From positions 558,001 through 622,000 of the forward strand of contig NW_027590190.1 of NCBI RefSeq assembly GCF_964213995.1: a stretch of 64,000 bases of DNA. The letters run 5' to 3'. Shown piece after piece: positions 12,593 through 24,694 of the stretch. The notes below the pieces were generated by a model. It made no database searches. It was not told where the DNA came from and was given only the letters and a program-made list of their open reading frames with translations. The position numbers were made by a program, and so were the translations under genes. The stretch's first letter is position 1. Each line of letters starts with the position of its first letter. The stretch is from Mustelus asterias (Eukaryota).

Positions 12593-12720
12593 GTAAGTAG
12601 TCACCTGATGATGGGGCAACGCTCCGAAAGCTCGTGCAACCAAATAAACCTGTTGGACTTTAACCTGGTGTTGTGAGACTACTTACTGTGCCGACCCCAG
12701 TCCAACGCCGGCAACTCCAC
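12593..12720 (+). mobile_element. Short Penelope-like insertion with target-site duplication
   Basis: Flanked by AGAAAGGGAAACA at 12580-12592 and 12721-12733; begins with a 10-nt inverted piece (GTAAGTAGTC vs internal GACTACTTAC). Confidence 0.85.
12602..12636 (+). ncRNA. Minimal (Penelope-type) hammerhead ribozyme motif
   Basis: CAC-CTGATGA-T-GGGGC-AAC-GCTCC-GAAA-GCTC-GTG: core boxes, stem II, palindromic AGCT stem III, short stem I. Confidence 0.75.
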
Positions 12721-13592
12721 AGAAAGGGAAACAAACATTACTAGAGTGACAGAAATTAACACAGAGCAATAGGCATAAACACATGTGCACGCATTAAGAA
12801 TGGCATTAATATATATTCATCGACTTCACATAATAATAGAGTCATATATACACAATGACAAAAGAATAAAATATGCGCACAGATGCAGACACACAACTAC
12901 ACAAATCAACAATCACAGGCAAATGAACGCGCACATTAACACTCATAATCACATATTAACTCAGAGCCAAAGATTAATGCAGAGCACGAGATGCTCATGC
13001 ACACGCACACAAATGCAAAATCTTCAATACAAACGGTAGGCAAATGATGAAAGTACAATTTAAACGTGACTTTTTAATGGAGATATCCACAGATTTATTA
13101 TCCCAATGTACAATGAACATATAAACACGCTGAGAAACTGAATTAAGCTCACGATCTACTAAATATTTCCACCATAAAGAAGCACAGATCGGAAATTACA
13201 TCCCAACTCTTAAACAACAACATTCACAGTTTACAGATCAGTAACCATCTGTGAAAACAATCATTGATCAGTGAACGTTCCTCGATATCAGTGATAATAC
13301 TCTTCAATAGGTGATAGTTCCGAATTGTCAAAAAATCAACTGATTTTCAAGAAAACATCTTCAGTGCTTTCTGACATGGACTGTCCAAGGAATGTCAATA
13401 AAGATCAGGTGTGAAAATAGTTACGGAGATCGGTTACTGAGTGCCCTGAGCTTAAGAGTAGGTATACATTGAAAATTAGGTTCAAGAATAAATGAACAGT
13501 TTAAAAAGGAGAACGGGGAAAAGAAAAATAACAATAAGATTACCTGGATAAACAAAGTAATCTAATTTCATATCCTGGTCTCCGTCCCCTAG

Positions 13593-13720
13593 ACTCCACC
13601 GACCGCATCTGGATTGAAGACAATGAGGATGATAACAGTAACATCTGGACAACGGCTTCCACATTCATTGTCCTGTTCTTCCTGAGCATTTTCTACAGCA
13701 CTGCGGTCACTCTGGTGAAG
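13593..13720 (+). CDS. IGHM: IgM transmembrane exon TM1
   Basis: CCCCTAG acceptor; (D)STDRIWIEDNEDDNSNIWTTASTFIVLFFLSIFYSTAVTLVK with CART motif; GTGAGA donor at 13721; phase 1-0; not shown in the ORF track. Confidence 0.96.
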
Positions 13721-13856
13721 GTGAGATGATTGAATGCACTCACATATCAAACTGACAGAATGGATTTGAAAAATCTCTCAATGTTCCATTAAAAACTCTA
13801 ACTTTAATATCCCGCATCATAAACAACTGCTTCATTATTGTATCTTTCTTTTACAG

Positions 13857-13865
13857 ATCAAGTGA
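13857..13865 (+). CDS. IGHM: IgM TM2 exon coding part (IK-stop)
   Basis: TTTCTTTTACAG|ATC AAG TGA; gives cytoplasmic tail KIK. Confidence 0.9.
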   Translation: MK

Positions 13866-14317
13866 TGGGTTGAATTTTGGAAGCTGCAGATTTCCCTCAG
13901 CTGATTATTATGATCTCCGTATGACAGAAATACAATATCTACTCTTGGTGACTCTATCAGTAAAATTCTCTCAGTTTATCATTTTGAATCTGTAACTGAG
14001 ACAATCATAGACGGTATTTCAGTTTTCAGAGTGAAAAGCACGAGGCATTTTTTGTTATAATGTAATTGTGGTTAACAGTTTCCCCATAGTTTAAATATCA
14101 TGTATAAATAAGAAACTTTTCTCATTCCTTATCCATATTTGTTAATTCCTCTTTCTATTAAGGTCCTGTTTTCTCTTTCTGGTGTATGTAACAGATGTAC
14201 AAATATTGACGGATTCCCTGTGCATGTGTTGTGTTCTCAATGTGAAGCTCGATCGTTAAATTCACTTTTCTAACTTTAAAAAATAATGTCGCTGTAAAAT
14301 ATTCTCTGAATTTTTAA

Positions 14318-14323
14318 AATAAA
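14318..14323 (+). terminator. Probable membrane-form poly(A) signal
   Basis: AATAAA at the end of an AT-rich stretch ~450 nt after the TM2 stop. Confidence 0.6.
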
Positions 14324-14490
14324 TATTGAATGAAAATTTAACCATCTCTGGCTTGGCTTAATTCCGTTTTCCAAAGCCCATCAACTCCGCCCCATATTCC
14401 ATATTATACGGTTTCCCCTCTTTCCCAGACATGTCTGTTCTCCCAGTCCTCTGCGGGATGTGTTTGAACTCAAGGCCGTTCAGTGAGAGT

Positions 14491-14511
14491 CACTGCGCCA
14501 CCCAGTGGCCA
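14491..14511 (-). promoter_or_regulatory. CTCF-like binding motif
   Basis: Reverse complement TGGCCACTGGGTGGCGCAGTG closely matches the CTCF core TGGCCACCAGGGGGCGC. Confidence 0.6.
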
Positions 14512-15347
14512 ATCCGTATAAAGACACCTTCATCTCTGCCTTTTTATGATAAAATCCAGAGACAGAGCGAGTGAAGAATGAGAAGAACCTCGGTGATTTC
14601 ACTCATAAACTGGTCTGTCACTGACCGAGTTTCAGGTAATTCTAAAAAGCAAAGGCTCTGTTTCATCAGAGGCCGATGCAGGACAGTGTGTGGCAGAAGA
14701 TAGTTTCCTTTACACTGCCCCTTAAAAAAACTATCAGTGTCGCTGCAGCGTGGGTCAACAGTGTGAATCTCTCTATATTTCGTCCGATGGAATACTTACA
14801 AGGCAGACATGCCACAAGCTAGATAGAGAACACATACAGAGCAGAGGTGCAAACCATGAGGTGAAACCAAGAGACTGAGGTGCATTTCACATAAGCACAT
14901 AATAGATTACAAATTTCCAAATTAAGGCGAGTGCTATGGGATAATTTGAGATGACCAATACTGTATTTAACTACAGACAATATAAAACTCACGTGGCAGA
15001 TATCTCTGTGTAAGGACGGAACATTTATTTAAAACAAAAACAGAACTATCAGCTGCTTGGAGATGACCAAAAGGGTTAAGTCGCTCTGGAACCGAGCGGC
15101 AGGATCTTTCCGATGCATCTAACGTGTACCATCAATAACAGATCAATTATAGATTTTCGTACCGATCGTTCCGACCTCATATTAGTTTCAGAATCAATTA
15201 CGTTCAGTAAACATACATCAATAATAATTCCTGACAAGTTGCTCAGCCAATCGCATTTGACAACATAGCATAATGATATCTCCTTCATCCATTTAAATCG
15301 GAGGCTGACTCATCTGGAATCAGTATCTGGGAGAATCAGGAAGGTGA

Positions 15348-15890
15348 GATAGAGTCATAGAGTCACAGAGGTATAAGCATGCAAACAGGCCCTTCGGCCC
15401 AACATGTCAATGCCGCCCTTTTTAACGACAAAGCTCGTCCTAATTGCCCGTGTTTGGCCCATTACCCTCGATAGCCATTTAACTCTCTATGCACTTTTGA
15501 AAAGACTGTCTGGCAGCTTGTTCCAGACACTCACCACCCTCTGTGTGAAAGAATTACCCCTCTGGACCCCTTTATATCTCTCCCCTCTCACCTTAATCTT
15601 ATGCCCTCTAGTTTCAGACTCCCCTACCTTTGGGAAAATATATTTACTATCTAGCTGATCTGTGCCCCTCATTATTTTATAGACCTCTGTAAGATCACCA
15701 CTCAGCCTCCTACGCTCCAGAAATAAAAAGCCCCAATCTATCCAACCACTCATTATAATTTAAACCATCAAGTCCTGGTAGCATCCGAGTAAATCTTTTC
15801 TGCACTCTTTCAAGATTAATAATACCCTTCCTATAATAGGGTGACCAGAACTGCACAAAGTATTCCAACTGTGGCCTTACCAATATTTTG
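15348..15890 (-). mobile_element. CR1 LINE 3' fragment
   Basis: LVRPQLEYFVQFWSPYYRK...LERVQKRFTRMLPG; ERRRLSGDL...TRGH...QRVVSVWNKLP; AGAGTCAT tail. Confidence 0.9.
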
Positions 15891-16212
15891 TATTGTCTCC
15901 AGACAGAACAACCTCTGTCTGGAGACAATACACATCTCTTTAACCTGTGTTTAATGCTCCCTCCATCCACATTGTCTGTACCTTTAAGACCTGGCTGGCT
16001 GTAGGGATTCGCATTCTAATCAGTATTCTGCAACTTGATTTTGTGTCTCTTTGCACTGTTTGAGAGCACATTTCCACTCCATCTGACGAAGGAGCAGCGC
16101 TCCGAAAGCTTATGGTATTTGCTACCAAACAAACCTGTTGGACTTTAACCTGGTGTTGTGAGACTTCTTACTGTGTTCACCCCAGTCCAACGCCGGCATC
16201 TCCACATCATGA
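15890..16212 (+). mobile_element. Penelope-like pseudo-LTR with short 5' inversion and hammerhead (16079-16115)
   Basis: TGTATTGTCTCCAGACAGA / TCTGTCTGGAGACAATACA inversion; CCAT-CTGACGA-A-GGAGC-AGC-GCTCC-GAAA-GCTT-ATGG. Confidence 0.85.
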
Positions 16213-16309
16213 CTTTATCTGCAACACAAACAAACTGTTTTACTCACAGATGTGGGACACAGGAAGAAGGTTCAGTCGGTGTGAAGCTCAACCTCCAATG
16301 TCACAAAGC

Positions 16310-16545
16310 CCACCCACTGATTGGCTGGAGTATAAGTGTCCTTCCGGTCTGTTTCTGAAGCCTCTGCACCCACTTCCCCGCCTCCCTGCAGCTCCAGCAT
16401 CCACATTGCGCATGGGCCAGTCCGAATCCGCAGAGCGCATGCTCCACTCGGAATCAGGTACTGCGCCTGCGCAAGCGGCTGCTGTTGTGACAATACGGCA
16501 CATTCTCTCTCGCTGCGAATGCTGGGTAAGAGCACCGCCATAGGA
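16310..16545 (+). promoter_or_regulatory. CpG-rich promoter-like module (CCAAT, GC-box, NRF1-like motifs, GTAAGA donor)
   Basis: GATTGG, CCCCGCC, TGCGCATG, TGCGCCTGCGCA, GAATGCTGG|GTAAGA; paralogous to 25530-25730. Confidence 0.55.
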
Positions 16546-16969
16546 AGGAAATAATTTCAACACAAAATTGTATTTTGTCATCCAATTACGGTCAGAACTA
16601 GAGGGTTAATATATAAAATTATTAAACCAATTGATACATCTCCCAATGTGCATGGTGGGATTGTTACTGGACGAGTATTCCAGAGACCCAGGGTCCTTTT
16701 AGAGTCTACCCCACTCTGTCGTAGGTTGCAACAAGATATAGTTGGGTTGGTCACATGGGCAGAACAGTGGTAGATTTCGAAATATTTCACCGTTCCTTCA
16801 CAGTCACTGGGTAAAAATCCTGGAATTCCCTCCCTAACCGCATTGTAGGTAAACCCACAGCACATATACTGCAGCGATTCAAGAAGGTAGCTCACCACCA
16901 CCTTCTCAAGGGCAATGAGGGATGGCCAGCGAGCAACACCCATGTCCCACAAATTAATAAAAAAATATG

Positions 16970-18455
16970 CTATTTAACCTTGATAAGTGTGAAGTGATGC
17001 ACTTTGGAAGAAGTAACAAGACAAAGAAATAATTAATGAATGGAAGGACACGAGGTAAAATCAGAGGAGCAGATGGATCTTGGGGTATTTATTCACTTAA
17101 GGTAGCAGAGCAGATGAATAGAATAAGAAGGCATATGAGACACTTGCTTTTATCAGTCGTGGCATACAGTATAAGAACAAAGAGATAATGTTGGAGCTGT
17201 ACAGAATGTTGGTTAGGCCACAGCTGGAGTACTGTGCGCAGTTCTGGTCACCTCACTATAGGAACAAAGAACAAAGAACAATACAGCACAGGAACAGGCC
17301 CTTCGGCCCTCCAAGCCCGCGCCGCTCCCCGGTCCAGGATTGAATCCTGAATCCAGGATCCCCGCCCAATTTTCCAGCCTATCTACATACCAATATCCTA
17401 TCCACCGAGCTGTCCCTCACAGATACGATGCTTTGTTCATTACAACCTATTAACTCACCCCCACCCCCCCATTCCAGACCATGTGATCTCCAGGGAGAGG
17501 CGAAAACCCAGAGTGAAAAACCCCAGGGCCAATATGGGGAAAAAAAAATCTGGGAAATTCCTCTCCGACCCCCTGAGGCGATCGAAACGAGTCCAGGAGA
17601 TCACAATGGCCCCGATCGGAAAATGCTTCCCAACCATAGTCATTTCCACTTCCACGAACACCATATGAATTCCCTGCCCCCGAGACAGGTTCCCAACTAT
17701 CCGCAGTCTCGCTCTGTACTGGCACCAGCAAGATGATCATAGAATGAAGCCTTGAAATGAGAAACAAGGAACAATTAGCCCGCGCCGCTCCCGGGTCCAA
17801 ACTAGACCACTCTTTTGTATCTCTCCATTCCCACTCCGTTCATATAGCTGCCTAGATAAGTCTTAAACGTTCCCAGTGTGTCCGCCTCCACCACCTTGCC
17901 CGGCAACACATTCCAGGCCCCCACGATCCTCTGTGTGAAATATGTCCTTCTGATATCTGTGTTAAACCTCCCCCCCACAGGATGTGATTGCACTGGAGGG
18001 GGTACAGAGGAGATTCACCAGGATGTTGCCTGGGATGGAACATTTGAGCTATAAGGAGACTGGATTGGTTTGGAGTGTTTAGAGCAGAGAAGGCTGAGGG
18101 GGACATGACTGTGGTGAATAAGATTATGAAGGATATGGACCGGGTGAGTAGAACCCTTGGTTGAGAGGTCAATCATGAGGGGATGTAGTTTTAGGGGGCC
18201 AGGCAAGAGATTCAGAGGAGAGTTGAGAAAAATCAGAGGGTGGTGGGAATCTGTAATAAACTGCCTGGGAAGGTAGTGGAGGCTGGAAACTTAACAACCT
18301 TTAAAAAGTATTTGGATGAGCACTTGAAATATTATAGCATTCAGATAAGGATATGGGACAAGTGCTGGAAAATGGGATTAGCATGGGGCTTAGTGGTAGC
18401 TATTGTTGGTGCAGACTCCATGGGTCGAAGGGTGTTTTCTGCACTGTATGACTAT
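16970..18455 (+). mobile_element. CR1 RT 3' fragment split by a younger antisense CR1 3' end (17262-17977)
   Basis: KCEVMHFG...LVRPQLEYCAQFWSPHYR resumes as DVIALEGVQRRFTRMLPG at 17980; insert carries a GAACAAA tail on the + strand. Confidence 0.85.
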
Positions 18456-20215
18456 GACTGTAACTCTCGCTCAGTCTCTTTCACTCGAACAGCCTCTGTC
18501 TGTGTCTCTATCTATTTCCCTCTTTTGGTCTTTGTTCTATTTGCTCACTGTCTTTGTGCAACTAAATTTCACTGGACTGATTCCTGAGATGAGGCGGTTG
18601 TCCTTGGAGGACATTCAGTGGGATGAGTCTGTCCTCTCTGAAATTCAGAATCATGAGAAGTGATAGAATTGAAAAGGGAGGGAAAAGGAAGGATCAGGAA
18701 AGCAGCAAACACTTGATGTTGTTCCAGGAAAAGTGGAGTCTGGTGGTGTGGATGTCAGGTTTTACACAGCACATGGTCAGCCTGTGGATTCACCCAGGAT
18801 GAAGAATCTCTGAATGATTCTACTCAAATCACCCGGAGAGGAACCTTTGAGACAAACCACCTAAGAAGGAGCAGCACATAAAGATATCCAAACACAGAGA
18901 TCCAAACACACTCTCTCTCCCTGTCTCTTACACAGATATGGGCAAACATAGACACACACCCACACCCAGACAGACATCTTCATTCATAGACACACACCCA
19001 CACAGATAATTCCAGCCCTATCACGTGGAGAATACAGCCCATTCTGACTAATACTGGAGATGAAATAACAGTGTCTTTACAAACCACAATGTTTGAGAAA
19101 TTCAAGTAACCATTACCCGTCAGGGACAGTGAGAGTTCTGATGACCCATTTCCACTCCTTTCTCTAAACTTGAGTCTATATTGAACAACATCTGGAACAG
19201 CAGCAATGACAAATCACGAACACTGAGCTGCCTGTTGTCAGCCTGGGTGAAGAGCCCTGCTGGGGGATAGTGTAAATTACAGAACAACATCCCTGGGGAA
19301 TCAGTGTCTCTTGGTTCTGGAATTACAGAAGATGCTAATTCCCCTCACATTGATGGTCCAGTTAATGAAGAGAATTCTAAGACAGGTTTCAAGCATAAAG
19401 AATATAATGTTGTTTCGACTCTGTCATCCTGGCCTCATTCATTACTGCTCCAATGTCCTGGGAAATGTGCTGCACCACCTGTTCAGATGCTTTCGCTGTG
19501 GGACTGAGTTCAGACAATCATCTCCTCTCACTGTAAACCACAGACACTGTTCATCTTTTTCAAAATGTGGATTCGAATCCGGGTCCCCAGAACATTAGCT
19601 GGGTTTCTGGATTAATAGTCTATCGATAATACCATTAGGCATCGCCTCCCCCAAATGTGTTCCCTTTAGAACAAAGAAGCTGAAATGGAGATTTCATGGA
19701 TCTGTTCAAGATGATCGGGGTGGGGACGGGTGGTTTGATAGAGCAGATCGGGAGAAACTGTTCCACTGATGCGGGTCAGTAACCAGAGGACTGGGATTGA
19801 AGATAATTAAAGAAAGACAGACTGGCATCAATATCGCACATTTCCCAACCAGCAGGAATCACAATGGGATCATTGTTATAATGAAGGCTGAATGGCCGAA
19901 TGCTGCTCCTACGGCTTATGGTCTATTCCTTAGTTCCCTCGAAACGGGGATAATCCCAGCCTCCCAAATGAAGATGCAGTCATTCAAAAATTAAAACAAA
20001 GTTGATTTTTTATTTTATTTTTAACCCAGAATACCAATATCTAAATCTGCACTGGATATTGTTAACATCAGACCCCAATAAATATAGTTCAGTTCTGGAT
20101 GTGATTAACAGCAAACTCCAATCTGGCTGGTGTGTCAGCACGTTGGATGACTGATTGAATCCTTTCCCACACTTGAAGCAGATGAATGGTTTCTCCCCAG
20201 TGTGAACTCGCTGGT

Positions 20216-21061
20216 TTACAGTGAGAGGAGATGATTGTCTGAACTCAGTCCCACAGTGAAAGCATCTGAACGGACTCGAGTGTGAACCCGTTGATGGGTC
20301 ATCAAGTTCCCAAAACTTTTAAAGCACTTTCCACAGTCTGGGCATTTAAAAGGTCTCTCGTCAGTGTGAATTCGTTGATGGCAGATCAGGTTAGAAGAGT
20401 TAGCGAATTCCTTCCCACATTTGGAGCAGGTGAACGGGTTATCCTCAGTGTGAATCCGCTGGTGTGTCAACAGTTCGGTTGATGTAATGAATGCCTTCTC
20501 ACACTCAGAGCAGGTGAATGGTCTCTCTCCAGAGTGAATTCGCTGGTGAATCAGAAGGTGAAACGACCGGCTGAATTTCTTCCCACACTCGGAGCAGGTG
20601 AATGGTCTCTCCCCAGTGTGAACTCGCTGGTGTGTCACCAGGTGGGTTGACTGAGTGAATCCCATTTTGCACTCGGAGCAGGTGAATGGTCTCTCTCCCG
20701 TATGAACTCGCTGGTGTGACACCAGGTGGGCTGACTGAGTGAATCCCACCTTGCACTCGGAGCAGGTGAATGGTCTCTCCCCAGTGTGAACTCGCTGGTG
20801 TCTCACCAGGTGGGACAACTGAGTGAATCCTTTCCCACACTCGGAGCAGGTGAACGGTCTCTCCCCAGTGTGACTCCGTCGATGAATTTCCAGCTCTGAT
20901 GGGGAACTGAATCCCTTGCCACAATACTCACATTTCCACAATTTCTCCCCACCGTGACTGCATTTATGTTTTGACAGGCCAGATAAACGGCTGAATCCTC
21001 GTCCACACACGGAACACGTGTACAGTTTCTCCCCACTGTGAGCGGTGCTTTTTCCTTCCAT
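20216..21061 (-). CDS. C2H2 zinc-finger protein ZNF-A (9 fingers; two more out-of-frame fingers downstream)
   Basis: Nine CxxC...HxxxH units with TGERP linkers; ATG at 21061; acceptor TTTCACAG near 21171; likely non-coding upstream exons at ~25090-25280. Confidence 0.88.
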   Translation of the reverse strand: MEGKSTAHSGEKLYTCSVCGRGFSRLSGLSKHKCSHGGEKLWKCEYCGKGFSSPSELEIHRRSHTGERPFTCSECGKGFTQLSHLVRHQRVHTGERPFTCSECKVGFTQSAHLVSHQRVHTGERPFTCSECKMGFTQSTHLVTHQRVHTGERPFTCSECGKKFSRSFHLLIHQRIHSGERPFTCSECEKAFITSTELLTHQRIHTEDNPFTCSKCGKEFANSSNLICHQRIHTDERPFKCPDCGKCFKSFGNLMTHQRVHTRVRSDAFTVGLSSDNHLLSL

Positions 21062-21849
21062 GTTCAAAATCCAATGATACGCATATTACGATAAATTGGG
21101 CGACTCTGTCTGATCCTGATGTGATGTTTGGTTTCAGTTTTCTGACTGCAAATCCTCACCTTTGAATATGCTGTGAAATTGATTTAAAAAAGAAAAAAGA
21201 GAGTGAGAGAGAACCCACAAAAACACAAAGGCAGGTTGTGAAATTGAGCTGAATGAATCTGGTAATTTGTGGGGCCGGCACTGGGAAAAAGAGACCAAGA
21301 AAACTGATGGATTGTCATAAAAACCCAACTGGTTCACTAATGTCCTTCAGGGAAGGGAACCTTTGAGCCAGTCTGAACCGATACAAGACCAGAGCTTCAA
21401 TGTGAAGAGGCAGCGGATGGGCAGGATTAAGAGATGTGGGAGGAAAAGAGGTGAAGGAAAGGATACATCTACAGCCAGATAGAAACTCCCAAACCTTCAA
21501 CCTCCACCATTTAGAAAGACCAGGTTCACAGGTGAATGTGAACATCATCACCTCAAAGTCACACAGCATCGCGACTGGACTGAGATCCTGTCCTGGATTA
21601 GGAGAAGTTTCCTCCATTTACAGAGTGAGAAACATGAAACAATTGTCTTCAGTCCGTGCTACAAACTCCACCCCGTGGACACTGACACCATCCCACTCTG
21701 GTGCTGAAGCAGGCTGTTTACAACCAGGTTCAAATATTTATTTTCTAAATCTGACTTTGCAGGGTCGACAAGGCCGTTTCCCGTGCCAAGGCCTATGCCT
21801 GGTCTGCCCATTTCCATACCTTTTTAGTAACTTTGTACTAGTTGGGTAT

Positions 21850-22115
21850 AACTGAGAGGCTTGCTGTGCCATATCAGAGGGAATTAAGATTCAACCACAT
21901 TGCAGATCTGGAGATACATGTAGGCCGGACCAGGTGAAGATGGCAGATTTGTTTTTCCCTAAACAGCACTAGTGAACCCAATGGGCTTTTATGATAATCA
22001 ATAATGGTTTTTTTGCTCATCATTAGCCTTTCAAATTCAAACTTGTATTGAATGTAAATTCCACCACCTGCCGTGGCAGGATTTGAACCTCGGTTCCCAG
22101 AACATTACTCTGGGT
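21850..22115 (-). mobile_element. Second tRNA-derived SINE family copy
   Basis: Similar to 8010-8320 and 35630-36015. Confidence 0.65.
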
Positions 22116-22489
22116 CTCACCCCCCACCCCCGATGCCCTTCCAACCACACACCTGTTCCATCTCCAAGAATGGGTTTCCATCGGTGAGGGGGCTGGGACC
22201 TCACACTGCATACTTCTTTGAAAACATGTATTGATATCCTCATAGCTATTTCTAAAATTATTAAAATGGGAGAAATAGCTGAATCTGTGTGTGTTTCTGA
22301 CCCCTGAACAAATGGAGCAATCTGGGAGACACAAAGAAACTCACACCTCATTCTCCCAGAGCGACATTTTGATTCTGGATCATGTGAAACACAATTGTTC
22401 TCTGTGATCTCTGCACTGTAAATCTTTCCTTTCTCTGTCCATCTTCTATATATGAATGCATCCATCATTATGAAGTGCTTCGAAAGGTT

Positions 22490-24018
22490 AGTCATGGCAC
22501 AAATCAGTCCGGCCTCCCAGACTGCCTGGATCCACTACAGTTCACAACCGCCGCAACAGGTCCACAGCAGACACCATCTCCCTGGCCCTGCACTCAACCC
22601 GGGAACCGCCTGAATAACAAAGCACCTATTTCAGACTCCTATTTATTGACTACAGCTCAGCCTTCAACACCATTATTCCTACGAAACACATCCCCAAATT
22701 CCGTGGCCTGGCCTTAGCTCCTCTCTCTACGACTGGGTCCAAGACTTCCTAACACTCAGATCAGTAAGAATAGGCAACAACACCTCCTCCACGATCATCC
22801 TCAAAACCGGTACCCCACAAGGCTGTGTCCTCAACCCCCTACTATACTCCTTATACACCTATGACTGTGTGGCCAAATTCCCCCCCCAACTTGATTTTCA
22901 TGATTGCTGATGACACCACCGCAGTGGGTCATTTCTCAAACAGTGATGAGACAGAGAACAGGAATGAGATAGAGAATCTGGTGAACTGGTGCAGCAACAA
23001 TAATCTCTCCCTCAATGTCAACAAAATGAAGGAGATTGTCATCGACTTCAGGAAGCGTAGTGGGGAACATGCCCCTGTCTACATCAACAGGGATGAGGTA
23101 GAAATGGTCGAGAGCTTCGAGTTTCTCGGCGACCAGATACCAACAACCTGTCCTGGTCCCTCCATGCCAATGCTACAACTAAGAAAGCCCACCGATGTCT
23201 CTGCTTTCTCAGGAAGCTAAGGAAATTTGGCATGTCCGTTATGATTTTCACCAACTTTTATAGATACACCACAGAAAGCATTCTTTCTGGTTGTATCACA
23301 GCTTGGCGAGGCTCCTGCTCTATCCAAGAACGCAAGAAACTACAATGGGTCATAACCGAAGCCTCGTCCATCACGCAAACCAGCCTCCCAACCATTGACT
23401 CTGTCTACACTTACCGCGACCTCGGAAAAGCAGCCAGTATAATCAATGACCCCACACATCCCAGACATTCTCTCTTCCAACTTCTTCCGTCGGGAAAAAG
23501 ATACAAAAGTCTGAGGTCCCGTACCAATCGATTCAAGAACAGCTTCTTCCCTGCTGCCATCAAACTTTTGAATGGGCCTACTTTCATTAAGTTTATCTTT
23601 CTCTACACCCTAGCTCTGACTGTAACACAACATTCTGCACTCTCTCCTTTCTTCCTCTATCTATGGTATGCAAGAAACAATACTTTTCACTTCATACTAT
23701 TACATGGTGACACAGTGGTTAGCACTGCTGCCTCACAGCACTGGGGACCCAGATTCGATTCCCGGCTTGGCTCACTGTCTGTGTGGAGTTTGCATGTTCT
23801 CCCTGTGTCTGCGTGGGTTTCTTCCGGATGCTCTGGTTTCCTCCCACACTCCAAAGATGTGCAGGTGAGGTTAATTGGCCATGCTAAAATTCTCCCTCTG
23901 AACAGGTGCCAGAGCTTGGCGACGAGGGGATTTTCACAGCACCTTCATCGCAGTATGAATGTAAGTCTACTTGTGACTAATAAATAAACTTTGTGAGACA
24001 ATAATAAATCAAATCAAA
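22490..24018 (+). mobile_element. Degenerate Rex1/Babar-type LINE (RT plus C-terminal domain)
   Basis: [82 protein letters not shown]; AATAAATCAAATCAAA tail; frameshifted. Confidence 0.85.
23703..23990 (+). mobile_element. V-SINE (HE1-like) nested in the Rex1 3' UTR
   Basis: CAGTGGTTAGCACTGCTGCCTCACAG head and V-domain core. Confidence 0.85.
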
Positions 24019-24694
24019 TGGTGCAACATTGAGTTACCACATTTGGAGTGTCTGTGAGTAAACTAAAGTTAATTCTCACTTAGAGTCATAGAGGTTAACA
24101 GCATGGAAACAGGCCCTTCGGCCCAACTTGTCCATGCCACCCCTTTTTTAAAACCCCTAAGCTAGTCCCAATTGCCCGCATTTGGCCCATATCCCTCTAT
24201 AGCCATCTTACCCATTTCCTTCCCTAAAGGACATTAGTGAACATACATACGGATGTATGAATTACGAGCAGGAGTAAGCCTTGAAGTATTGGGTAGTATG
24301 CCACTGCTTATAAAGGAGGAATCAAATCAAAAACATCTTTCTGGTCACAGACAGATGTGAGATGAGAAATCAATGTGGAATAAGTTACCTTCCACCCCTC
24401 CTGTATATAACATATCCCACTAACATGGCTCACCCTGGCCCTGTCTTAGTATTGTTTCTGAAAATTTCATGCATTCCCTCCTGACTTGACCGGACAGCCT
24501 CATCTATTCATTACCAACATGAGTTTCGCTAAATCCCTGTCTCAGCTGATGTTTCGAGAACTTTCATTCATTCCTTTATTTTCTTTAGACTTGACTGTCA
24601 GCGTCCCTCATTTAACCCATGAAAAACTTTGGTGTATATAAACCCCTGTCCTCTGCATCAAGTCCCACACACCCATCACCATGTCCTCACCATG

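Larger units (their letters stand above)
11070..13030. repeat. Degenerate (CA)/(TA)-rich tract in the Cmu4-TM1 intron, interrupted by CR1 and Penelope inserts
   Basis: ACAC/ATAC low complexity. Confidence 0.85.
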
